A stretch of 64,000 nucleotides of DNA, taken from NCBI GenBank assembly GCA_964384105.1, contig CAYLJV010000001.1:586594-650593 (forward strand). The letters run 5' to 3'. Under the pieces are notes generated by a model. That model was not told where the DNA came from. It did not search any database and saw only the letters and a program-made list of their open reading frames with translations. The translations under genes and the position numbers were made by a program. This DNA is from Candidatus Hadarchaeota archaeon (lineage in GTDB: Archaea > Hadarchaeota > Hadarchaeia > Hadarchaeales > JAGGTB01). Positions 36,177 to 46,629 of this stretch are shown one piece after another. The stretch's first letter is position 1, and the number at the start of each line of letters is the position of its first letter.

Positions 36177-36998
36177 CTACTCGTTTGGGCAAATATCTAG
36201 AATATGGGGATCTATCTGGTTGTATGGTATTTGGGGTTTTTCTGCCATATCATACAGTTCGTGGAATAGCTCTCTGAGTTTTTCGCTCAATTTCTCATTC
36301 TCTAGAACAATTGCAAAGAAGAATTCGTTTGGATGGAGAGGATCCAGTACTTCTAGGAATGATACTTTCTTGTCTTGTACTCCAAAGGAAAATGGCAGAT
36401 TTGGAACTACTCTACCTTTATTTCTTGTAAATTCTACTAGCTTCTTCAGTCTATTTAGGGGAAATATGGCTCTCGATAGTTCAAAAGTGTCTGAAAGCGT
36501 CAGCTTCCTAGTAATACCTTTTATTTCTATTTCATCTGAGCGTTCTACAATAGTATTTAAAACGGGGTGATCAATATATCGTGAAGCGATCAGGAGTTCA
36601 TCTTCTGCACTTTCTATCAGGGTTTTTACTTTTTTAATTGATTTTCTGTGATCTGTAACAATGTCTGATTTTATTTTCTTTCCTTCAAAGTTCATAAAGG
36701 AGGAATCTTCTTTGGATTCATTCATAGAGTTCATGATTTTACTAGCTAGATGATATAGTTTGTCTCCTTTTTCGGTTCTAACATATCCTTCACCCTCTTT
36801 TCTTATTACACCAAGGTTCTTCAGTTCTCTTAGTCTAGAATAATACTGTCTTTTTGTTAATCCAAGTTCCGCATGCGTTCCTCTTTTTGAGGTTAGTTTG
36901 GAGCTCGCTTCTTTGAGTATGGTAAGGGAACCTTCTCTTGAAAGTGCGGAGAGTATCTTCCTATCAGAATTAGTGAATTTTTTTTCCCCTTCAAGCAT
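36177..36998 (-). CDS. TrmB-like transcriptional regulator (N-terminal wHTH + C-terminal domain)
   Basis: 273 aa. The N-terminus 'RKILSALSREGSLTILKEAS...LTKRQYYSRLRELKNLGVIRKEGEGYVRT' is a wHTH. The C-terminal domain is TrmB-like by size. Confidence 0.5.
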   Translation of the reverse strand: MLEGEKKFTNSDRKILSALSREGSLTILKEASSKLTSKRGTHAELGLTKRQYYSRLRELKNLGVIRKEGEGYVRTEKGDKLYHLASKIMNSMNESKEDSSFMNFEGKKIKSDIVTDHRKSIKKVKTLIESAEDELLIASRYIDHPVLNTIVERSDEIEIKGITRKLTLSDTFELSRAIFPLNRLKKLVEFTRNKGRVVPNLPFSFGVQDKKVSFLEVLDPLHPNEFFFAIVLENEKLSEKLRELFHELYDMAEKPQIPYNQIDPHILDICPNE

Positions 36999-37123
36999 CT
37001 ATTAGCACCTAGGAGGGCCCTTGAGAAATTATAATGTTTCAGCCTTTTTAAATAAGCAGAAATTATTGTACGTACTAATAGTATGATCAGCTCAATATAA
37101 TTTTAGAGATGTGACCTGATGAT

Positions 37124-37387
37124 TTATCGAGGTATTAGGTCTCTTATAGAATTATATTTTTTCAAAAAGTTCTTACCCTTTTCAGTGATGGTCCATGCGA
37201 GGGGTGAATGACTTCTTACTTCCACCAGGCCATTTTCACGTAGGGTAGTGAGATACTTTTTGCATCTCTTGAAATTCAAATTCGCTTTATAAACAATGTG
37301 CGTTTTCCTGGATTTTTCTCCGACTGCTTTTAGTATGTCGGCGTAGACATCCATCCTGGTTCGTCTATCCCTCCCCATTTTGGGCAC
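37124..37387 (-). CDS. Small winged-helix protein (HTH_45-like)
   Basis: 87 aa. 'MDVYADILKAVGEKSRKTHIVYKANLNFKRCKKYLTTLRENGLVEV' is a paralog of 3328..3594. Confidence 0.55.
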   Translation of the reverse strand: MPKMGRDRRTRMDVYADILKAVGEKSRKTHIVYKANLNFKRCKKYLTTLRENGLVEVRSHSPLAWTITEKGKNFLKKYNSIRDLIPR

Positions 37388-37495
37388 CTTGATAGTTTAT
37401 GGTATTACTGTTTTTAAAGCCTTTCTATGTTACTAATTAGAAATCCGGACTTGAAGTAACCTTTTGTTCTTTAAGTTGCATTTAAGAGTAGGTAA

Positions 37496-39340
37496 TTAAG
37501 CCGGTCTTTTCAAATGCGATCCAAGATTTCCAATCCCAAGTTCTTCCAATTTTTCTTCAGTTGGCCCGAAATTATCCCAACCTCTAATTTTGTAATATTC
37601 TTCTATCTTTTCCTTCAACTTTTTATTTGGAATACTTTCTCCCGAACTAGCTCCTTCCTGCAATGGCTCCTCGAACCTATTGGGAAGTTTATCCTCCTTC
37701 CGGGAGATTTTACTACGCATTGCCAGTATTTTCAATAGGTTGAAGTTTCGTTCTCCTATGATTAGCATTTTTTCGGAGTTTATTTCCATTCCTGTGGCTG
37801 CTTCTATCGCTTTACGAATCTCGGGATATGTATAGGCAGCGTTTCTATGGGCTATCCAACTGGTGAATGCACATTGAATTGAGGAATTAGTAAAAGAGAC
37901 TAGATCTTCATAAATTTTACAATAAAATGGCTTTTTTTCTATATCAAGTCGATTAATCGAACCTTTGATAGGTAGTTCTGAGGGGTGGTTATTGATCGTA
38001 TCATGCAGTATCTCCATGTGATTTGCTCCGCGTGGACTGACTGAATAGCTTATAGCTAGAGCTTTTTTCCCTCTTGGTTCATGCATAGGTATTTCCTGAC
38101 CTTTTACCTGCATTGCAAAGTCGGCTTCAAGTTCTTCTGCAAGTTCGTCAATACCCTTAGCTAGGCGTTTGCCAATTCCTTCCTTTTTAGCTATCTTTTC
38201 TATAATTTCCAATATTTTTCCAGAATTTCCCCAGTCGATACCATCGTCGATTAGTCCCTTTTCGGTTGCCTCCATCGTGAAGGCTATTGTGTTCCCCGTG
38301 CTTATCGTGTCCAGCCCATACATATTGCATTTTTGATTCGCTAGGGCTATAGATTTTAAGTTGTTGTTTAAGCAAAGAGAGCCAAAAGCTGCCAAAGTTT
38401 CATATTCTGGCCCACCATATTCCTCCTTTACCTTTTCACCCTCAAATTCAGTCTTTACTATGTGTTTACATCTCACTGGACACCCTGTACAACTATCCCG
38501 GTTTACCTGAATCTTTTCGAACATAGCTTCCCCGCTGATATCTTCTGCATTGTCAAAAAATCCTTTTTGAAAATTTTTAGTGGGGAGAATCCCTAGTTCG
38601 TTTAGGCCCAGTAATGTTCCAGTAGTTCCGTATTTGCCCCAACTTTTTACAGGTGATTTGATTAATTTGCTCACCAGGTTTGATCGAGCTTTTTTCAAGG
38701 CCTTTTCATCGAATAAAGGCTTTTCAGAGCTACCTTTAACTATTATCGCTTTCAGTTTCTTACTTCCCATCACTGCTCCAAATCCGGGTCGTCCTGCTGC
38801 TCTATTTCGGTCATTTATTATACAAGAAAACTTTACCAAGTTTTCGCCTGCTATACCAATGGCAGAAACTTTGCCCCCCTCGTATTCTTCTTTGAGCCTA
38901 TTATCCACAACTCCTACCGGTTCGCTCCAGAGGTCATTAGCGTTCTGTATATTAGCCTCTCCGTCTATTAGAGCCAGATATTTAGGACTTTTCGCTTGTC
39001 CTCTGACAATTATTCCATCGTATCCTGATGTCCCTAGTTCCTGAGCAAAAAATCCGCCCGCGTAGGAGTCACTTATGCTTTTTGTCTTCGGCGAAATGCT
39101 CATTACTACATGTCGCCCTGCTCCTGCGGTACGGGTTCCTTGGAGTGGCCCAGTTCCGAATATAAGTATATTCTCGGGGCCTAGTGGGTCTTCTCGGCCT
39201 TTGGTTTCCTCTAGTAGAATTCTTGCTCCAATGCCTCTTCCACCGAGATATTTTTCTATCCAGTTGTTGGGTATTTTATAATCGGTGATTGTTTCTTTAG
39301 ATAGATCCACATCAAGAAATTTTCCAAAAAAACCATCCAT
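37496..39340 (-). CDS. aor: Aldehyde:ferredoxin oxidoreductase (AOR family, tungstopterin type)
   Basis: 614 aa. It has the canonical N-terminus 'MDGFFGKFLDVDLSKETITDYKIP...YLGGRGIGARILLEE' and Cys ligands in the 'DSCTGCPVRCKH' region. Confidence 0.9.
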   Translation of the reverse strand: MDGFFGKFLDVDLSKETITDYKIPNNWIEKYLGGRGIGARILLEETKGREDPLGPENILIFGTGPLQGTRTAGAGRHVVMSISPKTKSISDSYAGGFFAQELGTSGYDGIIVRGQAKSPKYLALIDGEANIQNANDLWSEPVGVVDNRLKEEYEGGKVSAIGIAGENLVKFSCIINDRNRAAGRPGFGAVMGSKKLKAIIVKGSSEKPLFDEKALKKARSNLVSKLIKSPVKSWGKYGTTGTLLGLNELGILPTKNFQKGFFDNAEDISGEAMFEKIQVNRDSCTGCPVRCKHIVKTEFEGEKVKEEYGGPEYETLAAFGSLCLNNNLKSIALANQKCNMYGLDTISTGNTIAFTMEATEKGLIDDGIDWGNSGKILEIIEKIAKKEGIGKRLAKGIDELAEELEADFAMQVKGQEIPMHEPRGKKALAISYSVSPRGANHMEILHDTINNHPSELPIKGSINRLDIEKKPFYCKIYEDLVSFTNSSIQCAFTSWIAHRNAAYTYPEIRKAIEAATGMEINSEKMLIIGERNFNLLKILAMRSKISRKEDKLPNRFEEPLQEGASSGESIPNKKLKEKIEEYYKIRGWDNFGPTEEKLEELGIGNLGSHLKRPA

Positions 39341-39471
39341 TATTTCACAATTAAGAGTGATGATGCATTAATCAAAAATTTTTACATTCTATTTTTTAGT
39401 TTCCTTAGCTCAAAGACCGAGATTTGATAAATATCTAAGAATAATTAATTCTAGTCTGTTTTGGTGAAAGT

Positions 39472-40701
39472 ATGTTGGAAAATGAGGCGATATGGGAGTT
39501 TAATACCGCAGGCAAGATAAAGTTCGGCGAAGGTTCGTCTAGGGAATTGGAATCTGATATAAGAGAGCTTGGTAAAAGTTCTGCTTTGATCTTTACAGAT
39601 GAAGGCATAGAAAAGACAGGTATTCTCGATTCAATAGTTGAAAATTTTAAAGAAACTGACTTTGAAGTTTTTTCAAAAGTTAAACCCGGTCCGTCGCTAG
39701 AAGTATTTGAGCAAGCACTAGATTTCGCTCATAAGGTAAATCCTGGTGTAATTGTTGGTCTGAGTGGTGGAAGTTCTATTGATGTTGCTAAATCGACTGG
39801 CGTCCTTTTTGAAAAAAATGGGGGGATATTAGATTACGCTTCTCCACCGTTTGGAAAAGGGGAGCCCTTAGGCCCATCAAACCTACCGGTTATAGCTATT
39901 CCTACCTCTGCAGGAACTGGTTCAGAAACTTCTCCAGTTTCTGTGATATCCTTACCAGATGAAAAATCAAGGACTGCAATTTCCAGTAAATATCAATATC
40001 CCGACCTTGCTATCGTTGACCCCTTATTAACGATATCTTTACCACCGAGACAAACGGCTTCTACGGGCATTGATGCGCTCTCACACGCTATAGAAGCATA
40101 TGTTACTCGTAGATACGATTGGAAAAAGCGGCCAGAAAAACCAGTGGATAGGCCGGTTTACGGGGGTAGAACTGCTTTAACAGACCAGTTTGCAAGGATG
40201 GGGATAGACCTTATCTCCAATAACCTCAGACGAGCTTACAACAATGGACATGACATTGAAGCTCGTAGAAACATGTCCTTAGGTAGTCTTGTGGCGGGAA
40301 TTGCTTTCACAAACGCTGGTTTGGGAGTGGCACACGCTATAGCTCTGGTATTAGGCTCGGAATATCACATTCCACATGGGATGGCTGTTGCAGGTGTTTT
40401 GCCTGAAGTGATGAGATTCAACGCACATGCTGATTATCGAAGGTATATGGAACTGGCGAGTATTATGGGAGTGGATGTTTCTGCCTTTGATATGAATGTG
40501 GCTGCCCTTAAAGCTGCAGATTCAGTTCAGAATCTTATTTTGGATCTCGAAACACTTTCTGGTTTAAAGGAGATTGGTGTGGATGAAAAGGTCATACCCA
40601 AATTGGTCGAAAAGACTATTCGCTTACAAAGGCTTATTGAAGGAAATCCCCGGAGAGTAGACCAGCAGGATATAAGAAAAATTTTAATAGACTCTCTGTA
40701 A
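39472..40701 (+). CDS. Iron-containing alcohol dehydrogenase (Fe-ADH family)
   Basis: 409 aa. It has 'GGGSSIDVAK' and His-rich metal-site motifs (GVAHAIALVLGSEYHIPHGMAV). Confidence 0.85.
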   Translation: MLENEAIWEFNTAGKIKFGEGSSRELESDIRELGKSSALIFTDEGIEKTGILDSIVENFKETDFEVFSKVKPGPSLEVFEQALDFAHKVNPGVIVGLSGGSSIDVAKSTGVLFEKNGGILDYASPPFGKGEPLGPSNLPVIAIPTSAGTGSETSPVSVISLPDEKSRTAISSKYQYPDLAIVDPLLTISLPPRQTASTGIDALSHAIEAYVTRRYDWKKRPEKPVDRPVYGGRTALTDQFARMGIDLISNNLRRAYNNGHDIEARRNMSLGSLVAGIAFTNAGLGVAHAIALVLGSEYHIPHGMAVAGVLPEVMRFNAHADYRRYMELASIMGVDVSAFDMNVAALKAADSVQNLILDLETLSGLKEIGVDEKVIPKLVEKTIRLQRLIEGNPRRVDQQDIRKILIDSL

Positions 40702-40867
40702 GTTCTGTTTTTTACTCTTTTATTAAAAGTACACGTTTTCTAGAGAAACCTTACTACTAGTACTAAATAATGGTTAGAGCTGCTTAAAAATGGGTTCTTA
40801 CAAACGATAACCACGGAGCCTTGGGTTTCAGAAATATTTTGTTTCAATGGATTGTGGAGGTATGAAT

Positions 40868-41518
40868 TTGAGTCAGATATTGGTTGTGGATGATGAACCT
40901 GATCTTTGTGAGCTAGTTGAAGTAACTCTGAAAAGAAAAAAATATAGTGTATCCGCTGCTTGTAGTGGTGAAAAAGCATTAGAAATGCTGGAAGATGAAA
41001 CACCTGATCTAATTCTATTAGATGTAGGACTACCAGGCCTAAACGGCTGGGAGGTTCTAAAGGAGATGGCTGGGAGGAGTACTATAGAAAAGGTTCCAGT
41101 GGCAATGTTTACGGGGGAGAAACTTACTTTGACGGAGATACTCCGGAAGGATATAGAAAATTTAGTCGGATACATCGAGAAGCCATTCAATAGTTCAGAT
41201 CTTTTAAGTACAGTAGAAAAAATCCTAGAGAGAACTAGGCGGATATACCGTATAAAAGAGGAAATAGCGAACTGCCCGAATGGTGGAGAGGATTTATCCC
41301 GAGCGTTTCTTGCTTGGAATAGAACCCAAATGATACATGAGAGGCTCTTGGAGAAGCTGAAGGAACTAAGATGGGAATATGTTGACGATGACAAGCTTGC
41401 TAGAATCGATGATTTGATAGAGGGAGAAAAACAGACCATACAAGAATCCAAATTGAAAAAAACAGAAATACTTAGGTTAGCGGGTCTTGAAGATTTGGTT
41501 TGCCCAAAAGTTTCTTAA
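40868..41518 (+). CDS. Response regulator receiver protein with uncharacterised C-terminal domain
   Basis: The probable start is TTG 40868 (MSQILVVDDEPD), 7 nt after GGAGG. The ORF-track ATG at 40847 gives a 7-aa extension. The REC domain is 'DLILLDVGLPGLNGWEVL', and the roughly 100-aa C-terminus is of unknown family. Confidence 0.7.
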   Translation: MSQILVVDDEPDLCELVEVTLKRKKYSVSAACSGEKALEMLEDETPDLILLDVGLPGLNGWEVLKEMAGRSTIEKVPVAMFTGEKLTLTEILRKDIENLVGYIEKPFNSSDLLSTVEKILERTRRIYRIKEEIANCPNGGEDLSRAFLAWNRTQMIHERLLEKLKELRWEYVDDDKLARIDDLIEGEKQTIQESKLKKTEILRLAGLEDLVCPKVS

Positions 41519-41701
41519 TGTTTTTAGGAACTTCACCGATTCCAAAATCTTATTTTTGCGATAAGTTTGATTTAGAGGTAAACGTAAATGGGTTATTGTG
41601 TTCTTGGGGTTGTTCCTACAGTTAATTGATGGCTTGCTGAGTCTTGGAGAAAGATATTCAAGGCTTAAGAATATTTTATTTACTGGACATGAGGGATTTG
41701 A

Positions 41702-42523
41702 TTGGAAATATTCTCTATATCTCGTTTAAGGAAATTTGAGGAATGTCCACGAGCTTATAAATTTAGGTATATAGAGAAACCCGAGGTAGAGAGAATTCAG
41801 AATATATACGGTTTTTTGGGTTCTAGAGTTCATGAAACACTTGAAAAGCACTACACCGATCTGATGGATGGATTTTGTAATTCTATCGATGATCTTCTTG
41901 GCTACTACAATAAGATTTGGAGTGAAAACTGGTCAGAGGATATTCTAGTTTACGGTAACCGTTCAGTTGAGGAGTACAAAGAGGACGGAAAAAACTGTAT
42001 CACAAATTATTATTCTTGTAACGAACCATTTGAGGAAGATACAACGATAGACACGGAACTTAATCTTCGTTGTTCTTTGGAGGCCTATGGAGAAAATTAC
42101 GATTTTCAAGGGTATATTGACAGGCTTTCTAAGGGGTCAAACGGGTCCTACGAAATTCATGATTATAAAACTTCTAAGAATATACCATCTCATGGAGAGC
42201 TAGAGGAGAATCGTCAGCTAGGTCTTTACCAGATTGCGGTTCAACAGAACTATCCAGATGCTGAAGAAATTGAATTGGTTTGGCATTATGTTAGATATGG
42301 TGAAGAATTTAGATTTAAAAAAACCGAAGAAAATCTCAGAAGACTTAAAATAAATTTAGTTAGGACGGTCAGAAAAGTAGAGAGAGCAAAGAAAAGAGAT
42401 ATTTTTCCTGCAAAGAGATTTAACGGTGCTAGATGTGATTGGTGTGACTACCAGCATTTATGTGAAGCATGGTCTAAGGATAGGAATGCGAAAATAAAAA
42501 GAAAGTTAGAAGATTTTCTTTAA
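41702..42523 (+). CDS. Cas4-like / RecB-family PD-(D/E)xK exonuclease with 4Fe-4S cluster (stand-alone)
   Basis: 273 aa. It has an N-terminal Cys ('EECPRAYKFRY'), a nuclease core 'GYIDRL...YEIHDYKTSK' and a C-terminal Cys triad 'CDWCDYQHLC'. This is the classic Cas4/AddB Fe-S arrangement. The start is TTG. Confidence 0.65.
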   Translation: MEIFSISRLRKFEECPRAYKFRYIEKPEVERIQNIYGFLGSRVHETLEKHYTDLMDGFCNSIDDLLGYYNKIWSENWSEDILVYGNRSVEEYKEDGKNCITNYYSCNEPFEEDTTIDTELNLRCSLEAYGENYDFQGYIDRLSKGSNGSYEIHDYKTSKNIPSHGELEENRQLGLYQIAVQQNYPDAEEIELVWHYVRYGEEFRFKKTEENLRRLKINLVRTVRKVERAKKRDIFPAKRFNGARCDWCDYQHLCEAWSKDRNAKIKRKLEDFL

Positions 42524-42644
42524 ATATTCGTTCCCAAAAATTTCGAACCTTGTGTTTTATTTTTTTGGACGGAATTAGAAAAAAGATATCATAGAAAACA
42601 ATAATTTTTAAACTCTCTCGTTCATTATTGGGTCTGGGGATAAT

Positions 42645-43100
42645 TTGGACAGCGATAGAATATTAGGTGCAGGGATAATAATTGCCTGTATATTAGCCGC
42701 CGTTCTCTATTTCGGTTTCATCTATCTTGGTTTTGCCGAAGAAGTGCTTCTAGTAATTGTATCTATTGCGTTCTTACTCATCCTCGGAATAGGGGGCTGG
42801 ATTGGCTGGACTATGGCTAGTACCCCGTCCCCGGAACCAATAGAGGATTTGGACGTTCAAGATACGTCTCCGGAAGCTATCGAGGATGTTGATTTCGAAG
42901 AAAGTTCGGAAGAATCTGAAGAGGAATTCAGAGAGAAAATAAGTTCTATTGATGGGATGACTGAAAGGAGAGTGAATGCATTGATAGAAGGTGGATATGA
43001 TTCCATTGATTCACTTAAACAGGTAGATGAATCTGATTTGACGGAAGTAAAAGGTATCGGATCAACTTTGGCTAAGAGAATAAAATCTAAGTATAGGTAA
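42645..43100 (+). CDS. Membrane-anchored helix-hairpin-helix (HhH) DNA-binding protein (ComEA-like architecture)
   Basis: 151 aa. It has two N-terminal TM helices, an acidic linker and a C-terminal HhH 'RVNALIEGGYDSIDSLKQVDESDLTEVKGIGSTLAKRI'. Confidence 0.5.
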   Translation: MDSDRILGAGIIIACILAAVLYFGFIYLGFAEEVLLVIVSIAFLLILGIGGWIGWTMASTPSPEPIEDLDVQDTSPEAIEDVDFEESSEESEEEFREKISSIDGMTERRVNALIEGGYDSIDSLKQVDESDLTEVKGIGSTLAKRIKSKYR

Positions 43101-43109
43101 TTGATCTCT

Positions 43110-44189
43110 TTAATGCGAGTGAAGGATATTAACCGACAATTTTTCTAGAGCGCTTAGTCTCTTCTTTATACTCGGGTGTGTCGAAAATATTTCCATAAGT
43201 TTTTCTTTGAATGTTAACTTCTGCTTACTATACATCTCTACGAGTTCTTGGTCTGTTAGTTCTTCTTTTTCCGGTCTATATGAAGTGTCCGGGTCTGAGA
43301 TGAAAAGCGGTTTTAGTGACATTCCCAGGCTCCCTGTTTCATTTCTACTTGGTTTTCTTTGCTCCGGGCCCTTAACGTATACTCGACGTCCTGATGAGTC
43401 GTGAGCTATGTAAACGGTCTGATTTCTTCCTCTGAAATTCATTTCGCTTCTCTTTTCTTCTTTCATTCTCTCCGTCCTGTGGCTTATTTTTGCTAGACCT
43501 TCTGACAGTTTTCTCGCGCCGTCGGGGACATTTTCTGCAGAAAATCTGTCTGCGAAGAATTCTCGTGTTCTGCTAAAGTTCATAATGCAGAGATTCAAAA
43601 CGAGATATATTCCCATTGAGACTCCAGCGATGGCCATCAGCGGGAGACCATTCCTTCTTCCCCCACCTCCAAAAAATCCGGAGAGTAGGAATACTCGGCC
43701 TATCATCAAAAAAATCGCTGGTAGTACAGATAGAAACATCATTGCTCTTCCGTCTCCGTGTTTGTGATGCCCCATTTCATGTCCTATTACGGCTTCTACT
43801 TCTTCGAATTCAAGTGAGTCTAAGAGTCCTTTAGTAACTGCAATTTTTTTCCCTGACCACATGTTTCCATAAGCAAACGCATTTGGAATTTTCGTCTTGG
43901 CTATCATAAGCTGTGGTTTTTCCATTTTCGAAACCTTCGCAATTTCTTCTAGTGCTTTATGGAGTTGGGGATATTCCTCTTCTGAAGCAGGTTCTACTTT
44001 GTGAGCCCTCTCAATTATCTGAGGAGCAAATCTCCACTGAAGTACGAAGAGGGGGATAACTATTACGAGTACTATCATACTGGGTATAGACGTAAAGAAC
44101 CCGATTAGAAAAGCTAATGCTAGTGTTACTACCGCAATCATGGCTGCTATAGAGCCGTACATGGAAAATTTTAGTTTCAAGTAATTCAT
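43110..44189 (-). CDS. htpX: M48-family zinc metalloprotease HtpX homolog with C-terminal extension
   Basis: 359 aa. It has the 'HEMGHHKHGD' HExxH motif, flanking TM helices and the downstream 'EFFADRFSAE'-type motif. Confidence 0.8.
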   Translation of the reverse strand: MNYLKLKFSMYGSIAAMIAVVTLALAFLIGFFTSIPSMIVLVIVIPLFVLQWRFAPQIIERAHKVEPASEEEYPQLHKALEEIAKVSKMEKPQLMIAKTKIPNAFAYGNMWSGKKIAVTKGLLDSLEFEEVEAVIGHEMGHHKHGDGRAMMFLSVLPAIFLMIGRVFLLSGFFGGGGRRNGLPLMAIAGVSMGIYLVLNLCIMNFSRTREFFADRFSAENVPDGARKLSEGLAKISHRTERMKEEKRSEMNFRGRNQTVYIAHDSSGRRVYVKGPEQRKPSRNETGSLGMSLKPLFISDPDTSYRPEKEELTDQELVEMYSKQKLTFKEKLMEIFSTHPSIKKRLSALEKLSVNILHSH

Positions 44190-44358
44190 TGGTTTCCCAT
44201 CTCTTCTTAACTTACCTTAAAAGTTATTGTATGTTTTCTCGTTTAACTTCAGTTTTTCTTTTTTGGTATTTACTGATGTGGCTTATTGATGCTAAATGAG
44301 TCGACTTCCGTAAGAGCGATTAAGGAGATGTTACATAATATTAGAGGGAGGGAGAAAT

Positions 44359-44814
44359 TTGCTATTTGTTAGAAGGTATAATGATTTGAAAACAGAGCTG
44401 GATTCTTTTTATAGAGATATAGTCGACGAACTCAAGAAGGAAAAGGGGCTGAGAATAGTCAATGAGCTTTGTGGCTGTTTGAGTAATGAAAGAGAGTTCA
44501 AGAGTGTTACTGCGGTAAAGGCGAGTATTCCTAGAAGATTAACAGGCACATTAAGAGAATTAACTATTACAGTTGCAGGTGACTCTGATGATTTTTTCGT
44601 AGAAATTCACATTGGAACTTGGCTGAAGGGAACTATTTCAAAAGATGGTTCCCTGGATAAAGAAAAATCTATAGTAGAAAAATTAGCTAGGAGAGTTGGG
44701 TACACTCCTCTCTTGGACTATAGAAGTGAACTAATCAAAAGGATTGATGAGCTAGTTAGGAAACATAGCGAGAAAGAGCTTACTTCTAAAAAGATAGAAG
44801 CGGTCCATGCGTAG
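44359..44814 (+). CDS. Hypothetical protein
   Basis: 151 aa. It has a TTG start after GGAGGGAG and no recognisable motif. Confidence 0.45.
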   Translation: MLFVRRYNDLKTELDSFYRDIVDELKKEKGLRIVNELCGCLSNEREFKSVTAVKASIPRRLTGTLRELTITVAGDSDDFFVEIHIGTWLKGTISKDGSLDKEKSIVEKLARRVGYTPLLDYRSELIKRIDELVRKHSEKELTSKKIEAVHA

Positions 44815-44864
44815 AATTTAAGTCTCATCTACACAAACTTTTTCTTTCGATATATCTTGAAAAT

Positions 44865-46550
44865 ATGGTGTGTAGAATGACTTCACCTTCCCCAAATAGA
44901 CGGAAATACGCTTATTTCAGCATGGAGATTGGAATTGATCCCCGAATGCATACCTACAGCGGGGGGCTAGGAGTTCTGGCGGGGGATACTATAAAATCCT
45001 TTGCTAAGTTGGAGATTCCAGTTGTGGGAATTACCCAGCTAAATAAAAAAGGTTATTGTAGACAGGAATTAGACGAAAATGGAAATCAAATTGACTATTC
45101 GAATGAATGGGGTCCGGATGAATTCCTTGAGCCAATCTCGGTGGATACGAAAGTCAAGATTGAAGGTAAAGATGTTAAATTGGGTGTTTGGAAGAAAGAG
45201 ATTAAATCACCGTTTAGCGAATTTTTCGTTCCAATATTCTTTTTAGATACGGATCTTCCGGAAAACGAGGAGCGATATAAGGATATCACCGATAGATTAT
45301 ATTTGGGTGATCGTAGATATCGTTTTTTTCAAGAAGTTGTATTAGGAATTGGTGGTTTTAGAGTTCTTAGAGAATTAGGATTTAATAATATTCAAAAATA
45401 TCATTTGAACGAGAGCCATTCAAGCTTGTTAACTTTAGAATTGCTGAAAGAGAATGAATGGGATTTAGAGAAGGTACGAAGGTTATGTACTTTTACTACT
45501 CACACTCCTGAAAAAAGCGGACACGATGTTTTTTCTTACGAACTAGTGTCAGACGTTTTGAAGGATTATATTTCCATACCTGAACTGAAGAAATTAAGTA
45601 AAGAAGAAAGTTTGGACATGACGTTGTTAGCCCTAGCTATTAGTGGTTATGCAAATGCTGTTTCAAAGAAACATAGAGAGATATCTAATAAGATGTTTCC
45701 AGATTATCAAATAGATTCCATTACTAATGGTGTTTATGTTCCAGGATGGGTTTCTGAAGAATTTGAAAATATTTATGACCGATACCTATCCGGATGGAGG
45801 AAAGTTCCGTATAAGCTGCGACAGGCTGTCGAAATACCAAAAGGAGAAGTCTGGGATGCGCATCAGAAAGAGAAAGAGAAATTAATAGATTATGTTAATT
45901 CGAACACTTCCCAGAAAATGAACGAGCAAACTTTCACAGTAGGTTTCGCTAGAAGAGCTACTCCTTATAAACGAGCGGATTTAATATTTAGCGACCTAGA
46001 TAGGTTGGAGGAGGTTGCTAAGACTACTGGCCCGTTCCAGATTATATTCGGTGGTAAGGCCCACCCACACGACTTCGGTGGTAAGGAAATAATCAACGAG
46101 ATATTTGAAAATAAGAGGAAATTAGAAAATGATATCAAAGTAGTATATCTTGAAAATTACGAAATGGATTTGGCGAAACTACTTACTTCAGGAGTGGATG
46201 TCTGGTTGAACACTCCTGAAAGGGGACGAGAAGCATGTGGGACTTCTGGTATGAAAGCTGCTTGTAATGGGATCCCTCAACTTAGCACTTTGGACGGGTG
46301 GTGGATAGAGGGACACATAGAAGATTTCACTGGTTGGAAGATTGGTCCAGAGCCCTCTGAAGAAGTTGAGAACTCGGCTGAAAGAGATTCATTTGATTTA
46401 TATAAGAAATTGAAGGATGTAATAATCCCATGTTTCTATTCTGAAAGAGAGAAGTGGACAGAAATAATGCTCAATTCCATCTCTGTAAATGCTTCTTATT
46501 TTCATACAGACCGAATGGTTGAGGAATACGTGCGAAATTCTTATTCTTGA
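44865..46550 (+). CDS. Alpha-glucan (glycogen/maltodextrin) phosphorylase, GT35 short archaeal form
   Basis: 561 aa. 'YFSMEIGIDPRMHTYSGGLGVLAGDTIKSFAKLEIPVVGI' is the conserved N-terminal signature of alpha-glucan-family phosphorylases. 'GTSGMKAACNG' contains the pyridoxal-Lys region. Confidence 0.75.
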   Translation: MVCRMTSPSPNRRKYAYFSMEIGIDPRMHTYSGGLGVLAGDTIKSFAKLEIPVVGITQLNKKGYCRQELDENGNQIDYSNEWGPDEFLEPISVDTKVKIEGKDVKLGVWKKEIKSPFSEFFVPIFFLDTDLPENEERYKDITDRLYLGDRRYRFFQEVVLGIGGFRVLRELGFNNIQKYHLNESHSSLLTLELLKENEWDLEKVRRLCTFTTHTPEKSGHDVFSYELVSDVLKDYISIPELKKLSKEESLDMTLLALAISGYANAVSKKHREISNKMFPDYQIDSITNGVYVPGWVSEEFENIYDRYLSGWRKVPYKLRQAVEIPKGEVWDAHQKEKEKLIDYVNSNTSQKMNEQTFTVGFARRATPYKRADLIFSDLDRLEEVAKTTGPFQIIFGGKAHPHDFGGKEIINEIFENKRKLENDIKVVYLENYEMDLAKLLTSGVDVWLNTPERGREACGTSGMKAACNGIPQLSTLDGWWIEGHIEDFTGWKIGPEPSEEVENSAERDSFDLYKKLKDVIIPCFYSEREKWTEIMLNSISVNASYFHTDRMVEEYVRNSYS

Positions 46551-46629
46551 ATTAGCTAGGTTTTTTTAAGAAGGAAAGTTCTACCTAAAAACAGAGTGTC
46601 CCTGGTTTCAAGGATGATGGGGTGGGATT

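Noticed and set aside
40873-41451. A 192-aa minus-strand ORF overlapping the REC-domain gene.
   Set aside because: It is antisense to a clear CheY-like receiver gene and Ser-rich low-complexity. It is probably spurious.
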